64,000 nucleotides of DNA from a bacterium (GTDB lineage Bacteria; Myxococcota_A; Polyangia; HGW-17; JAJRWW01), in assembly GCA_043825095.1 (NCBI GenBank), contig JBDRSE010000199.1, positions 11,842 through 75,841 on the forward strand, given 5' to 3'. The number at the start of each line of letters is the position of its first letter. Within the stretch, counting starts at the first letter, position 1. The notes beneath the pieces are model-generated. The model was not told where the DNA came from. It saw only the letters and a list, made by a program, of their open reading frames with translations, and made no database searches. Below are positions 62,801 to 64,000 of this stretch, in pieces. A program made the position numbers and the translations under genes.

Positions 62801-64000
62801 CCATGGAGCCCCGCTCCTTGATGTCCATGTTGGCGTTCGCAAGGGAGTCCTTCACGTCGGGCACGTAGGCGTTCAGCTCGAGCTCTGTGTCGGGATGGTC
62901 CGGAGCCTGGAACCGGAACGTCGCGATGCCGTAGCGGTTGGTGCGGGACCAGATTCGCTTGGTCTTGGTGACGTGCAGGGCCACGCGTTTCCGCGGAACC
63001 GGGTTCTCGTCCAGGTCCAGGAGCTTCACCAGCGCCACGACCTCCTGGCCCACGCGGTAGGTGTCCCGGTCGAGCTCGAGCACGGCCTTGTAGGGGTTGT
63101 CCACGAAGGCGAGCTCGTGCTCCAGGTTGGACTCGGCGCCGCTGGGCTGCGTCACGTCGATCTGCAGCGTGAGGTTCTGGTCCACCTTGAGCGTCCGGGC
63201 GAAGCGCTGGACCTCACGGCGCGTGAAGGCAACGGCGTAGCCCTTGCGCCCGTCGAGCTTGACCGTGCGCGTGGCCAGCGCCCTGTCGTCACCCTTCATC
63301 TCGACCTTCATCGTGCCGCCCTTGGGGGACTGCCCCAGCAGGGTCTTGAGGCGAATGGTGCCCACCAGCCGGCGGGTCCTCGCGGTGAAGTAGCTCGGGA
63401 AGCTCTGGTCAATCTCCAGCTCCGGCCGCTTGAACCAGGCGAGCTTGATCTTGCGCTCGTGGCTCGCCTTGCCCACCTCGGCAGTGAGCTGATACTCCAC
63501 CGGCTCCAGATCCGTAAGATCGAAGACCACGTGTCCCGTGCCGAAGCTGTCGAGGGTGACTGTCTTCGAGGCCACGTCCCCGGAGCTGTTGCGCAGCGTG
63601 ATCTTGGCGGTGCGTCCGGCAGAGGGACGGTAGCGCTGCCGGAGGGTCCAGCCGATGACCCGCGCGCGGAGCTTGCCCCTGGGCCGGTACATCGTCCGGT
63701 CGGTGTACAGGTAGACGCGTTGTTTCTCGAATGAGGCGGTACGCCGGTAGGCCTCGAACTTGATCGACCGCTCTACCGGGACCCCGCGGAGGGTCTTTCG
63801 GACCACGATCCGGCCGCCCCGCCAGCCCTTGCGCGAGCGGAAGTGAAAGACCAGGGTGCCGTGCCTGTCGGTGCGTCCCAGCCGCCGCGCGCCGAGTTTG
63901 GCCACGGCCCCCTGCACCGGGCGGAAGCGCCCGTCGAACACCACCAGGTGAACCTTCGTCCCGGCCCGGTTCCACATCTGGTACGGGTAGTCGATGACGA
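59823..64000 (-). CDS. Bacterial alpha-2-macroglobulin family protein lacking the CxEQ thioester motif (N-terminus beyond the window end)
   Basis: There are repeated MG-type beta-sandwich segments, a Gly-rich bait-like stretch GSGNGTAKGETDDEECSFGGSGSGSGGAYGIGGLGYGGSGG, and a helical TED-like region (SGAFSYWRHGQDDAHHTAYVLETLLDL). The frame stays open upstream of M at 63977 to base 64000 (..VIDYPYQMWNR). Confidence 0.85.
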   Translation of the reverse strand, partial: VIDYPYQMWNRAGTKVHLVVFDGRFRPVQGAVAKLGARRLGRTDRHGTLVFHFRSRKGWRGGRIVVRKTLRGVPVERSIKFEAYRRTASFEKQRVYLYTDRTMYRPRGKLRARVIGWTLRQRYRPSAGRTAKITLRNSSGDVASKTVTLDSFGTGHVVFDLTDLEPVEYQLTAEVGKASHERKIKLAWFKRPELEIDQSFPSYFTARTRRLVGTIRLKTLLGQSPKGGTMKVEMKGDDRALATRTVKLDGRKGYAVAFTRREVQRFARTLKVDQNLTLQIDVTQPSGAESNLEHELAFVDNPYKAVLELDRDTYRVGQEVVALVKLLDLDENPVPRKRVALHVTKTKRIWSRTNRYGIATFRFQAPDHPDTELELNAYVPDVKDSLANANMDIKERGSMDSVLGKAQVVQGGWVPITVTLRKGFRPLEKVLHCDVTDFSGAIVAAVTIPIRRQGSRWVAKGRFRAPSWGSMLLTMFTVGARESHLQYFRRKRKPTSSWIAGLLLEGQQVTVHPNQALKLTLTGVPRQAKPGTPVRYGVSVRGPDGKLRDALVGAMLVDKNILALGDSLKKVAPGSIFYNAQLRVMATTGAKILTWPVVARTWGCNQHDIALPPFPFQEGSGNGTAKGETDDEECSFGGSGSGSGGAYGIGGLGYGGSGGPPPTFTVRKRFRPSSYWAPSLRARGGLLASRFQLPDTISNQELILVASDKRGGVGVLRQTVTVVQPLAIRLDLPPKMVDSDELEVLALLRNYTAKPLQLKIGISTQRLTVLKMPTLVTVPVGQEVPIRIRIRATGVGAAALKIGAWQGKQGDVLERTLEVLPSGPPTVKTHRGVVQKGRSALWDILRKPNDQALQATLKLDFPNVIPVLQSIQRVIQHPSLGGDTSASVLRSVAQVLRYKARFGLGKEQDLKLVELLIRGSRWLLKQQSSSGAFSYWRHGQDDAHHTAYVLETLLDLRRVGIDVPAKAIREAAWYLLTYRAADGLWDTSRAAFWEGKSRDVRNGLSAEIFRAAARASHLKCRFRPNSRLVAVAKQMRAFVDGKSRDPRTVAAALEGLHALYSRCLTQRRQHIYHRGAKKFMSTVVVQRKLSAAHRRWLVRGAKRLLQLKGRRYWEPSWFSAYGGTLEATATALTMLARLDRPAFRSHIRSGLRYLLERRHSWGAWHNERGTAATIRALLELGAGSRREVASARVSVLVNGKVVRKIEIDPRDPYGSAINLRHLRLSGLLARKRNRVEVRYSGRLKVAVRLEERRWSKGARRPSTKPGPPARRPRVRLLAPRTATLGRPFFAILEVAATLGHGGTVIALGLPTNVRPVKGALARLRRDSGAYRVQLRGRVLSLHLPRHRADRRLLLNLVPHVGGRSRFQAPRIAPLAQGPISPALQTIGFAVR

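Noticed and set aside
59496-63734. ORFs 59496-61466 (+) and 61509-63734 (+) opposite the alpha-2-macroglobulin gene
   Set aside because: They are antisense to a gene with recognisable MG/TED organisation. The products are low-complexity Arg/Gly/Ala/Pro sequence.

Overview
High-GC bacterial chromosomal segment with a dense, non-mobile gene set. I infer Myxococcota from one MYXO-CTERM-type sorting tail, several Ser/Thr kinases, FHA/GAF/PilZ signalling proteins and many Cys-rich secreted proteins.

I support about 41 protein-coding genes and one tRNA-Leu(CAG). I see no rRNA, CRISPR array, transposase or integrase. Many long ORFs in the supplied track are antisense or out-of-frame artefacts of the GC content and are rejected.

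Gene content, in window order:
- CoA-transferase, alpha/beta-hydrolase and an MscS-like gene.
- A solitary FHIPEP (SctV/FlhA) export-gate gene with no other type III genes nearby.
- A DUF695/RraB protein and an 1868-aa coiled-coil protein.
- A signalling block: SBP-like protein, histidine kinase, FHA-GAF-adenylate cyclase and a radical SAM enzyme.
- A roughly 1870-aa Ser/Thr kinase / STAND NTPase / 14x WD40 protein followed by a stand-alone DnaJ.
- Two large Cys-rich modular secreted proteins and a DUF4139-like protein.
- An ABC-F ATPase, a kinase-PAS protein, a PilZ protein and a tyrosine phosphatase.
- A translationally coupled CrtI-family flavoenzyme and FNR/2Fe-2S reductase.
- Two paralogous GH5 (endoglycoceramidase-like) genes flanking MBL hydrolase and PaaI thioesterase genes.
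- PccB, and a DAACS transporter with a loop insertion.
- A BNR propeller protein, a trypsin-like protease and a thioester-less alpha-2-macroglobulin that runs off the window end.

The most unusual sequence-level signals:
1. A roughly 62-75 nt intergenic element present in three copies (39953-40027, 52435-52512, 56548-56609). All three have the same orientation relative to the downstream gene.
2. A 179-nt imperfect palindrome that exactly bridges two convergent stop codons (15037-15215).
3. A second long imperfect hairpin at 37715-37835.

All family assignments come from motif recognition by eye. No database search was run.
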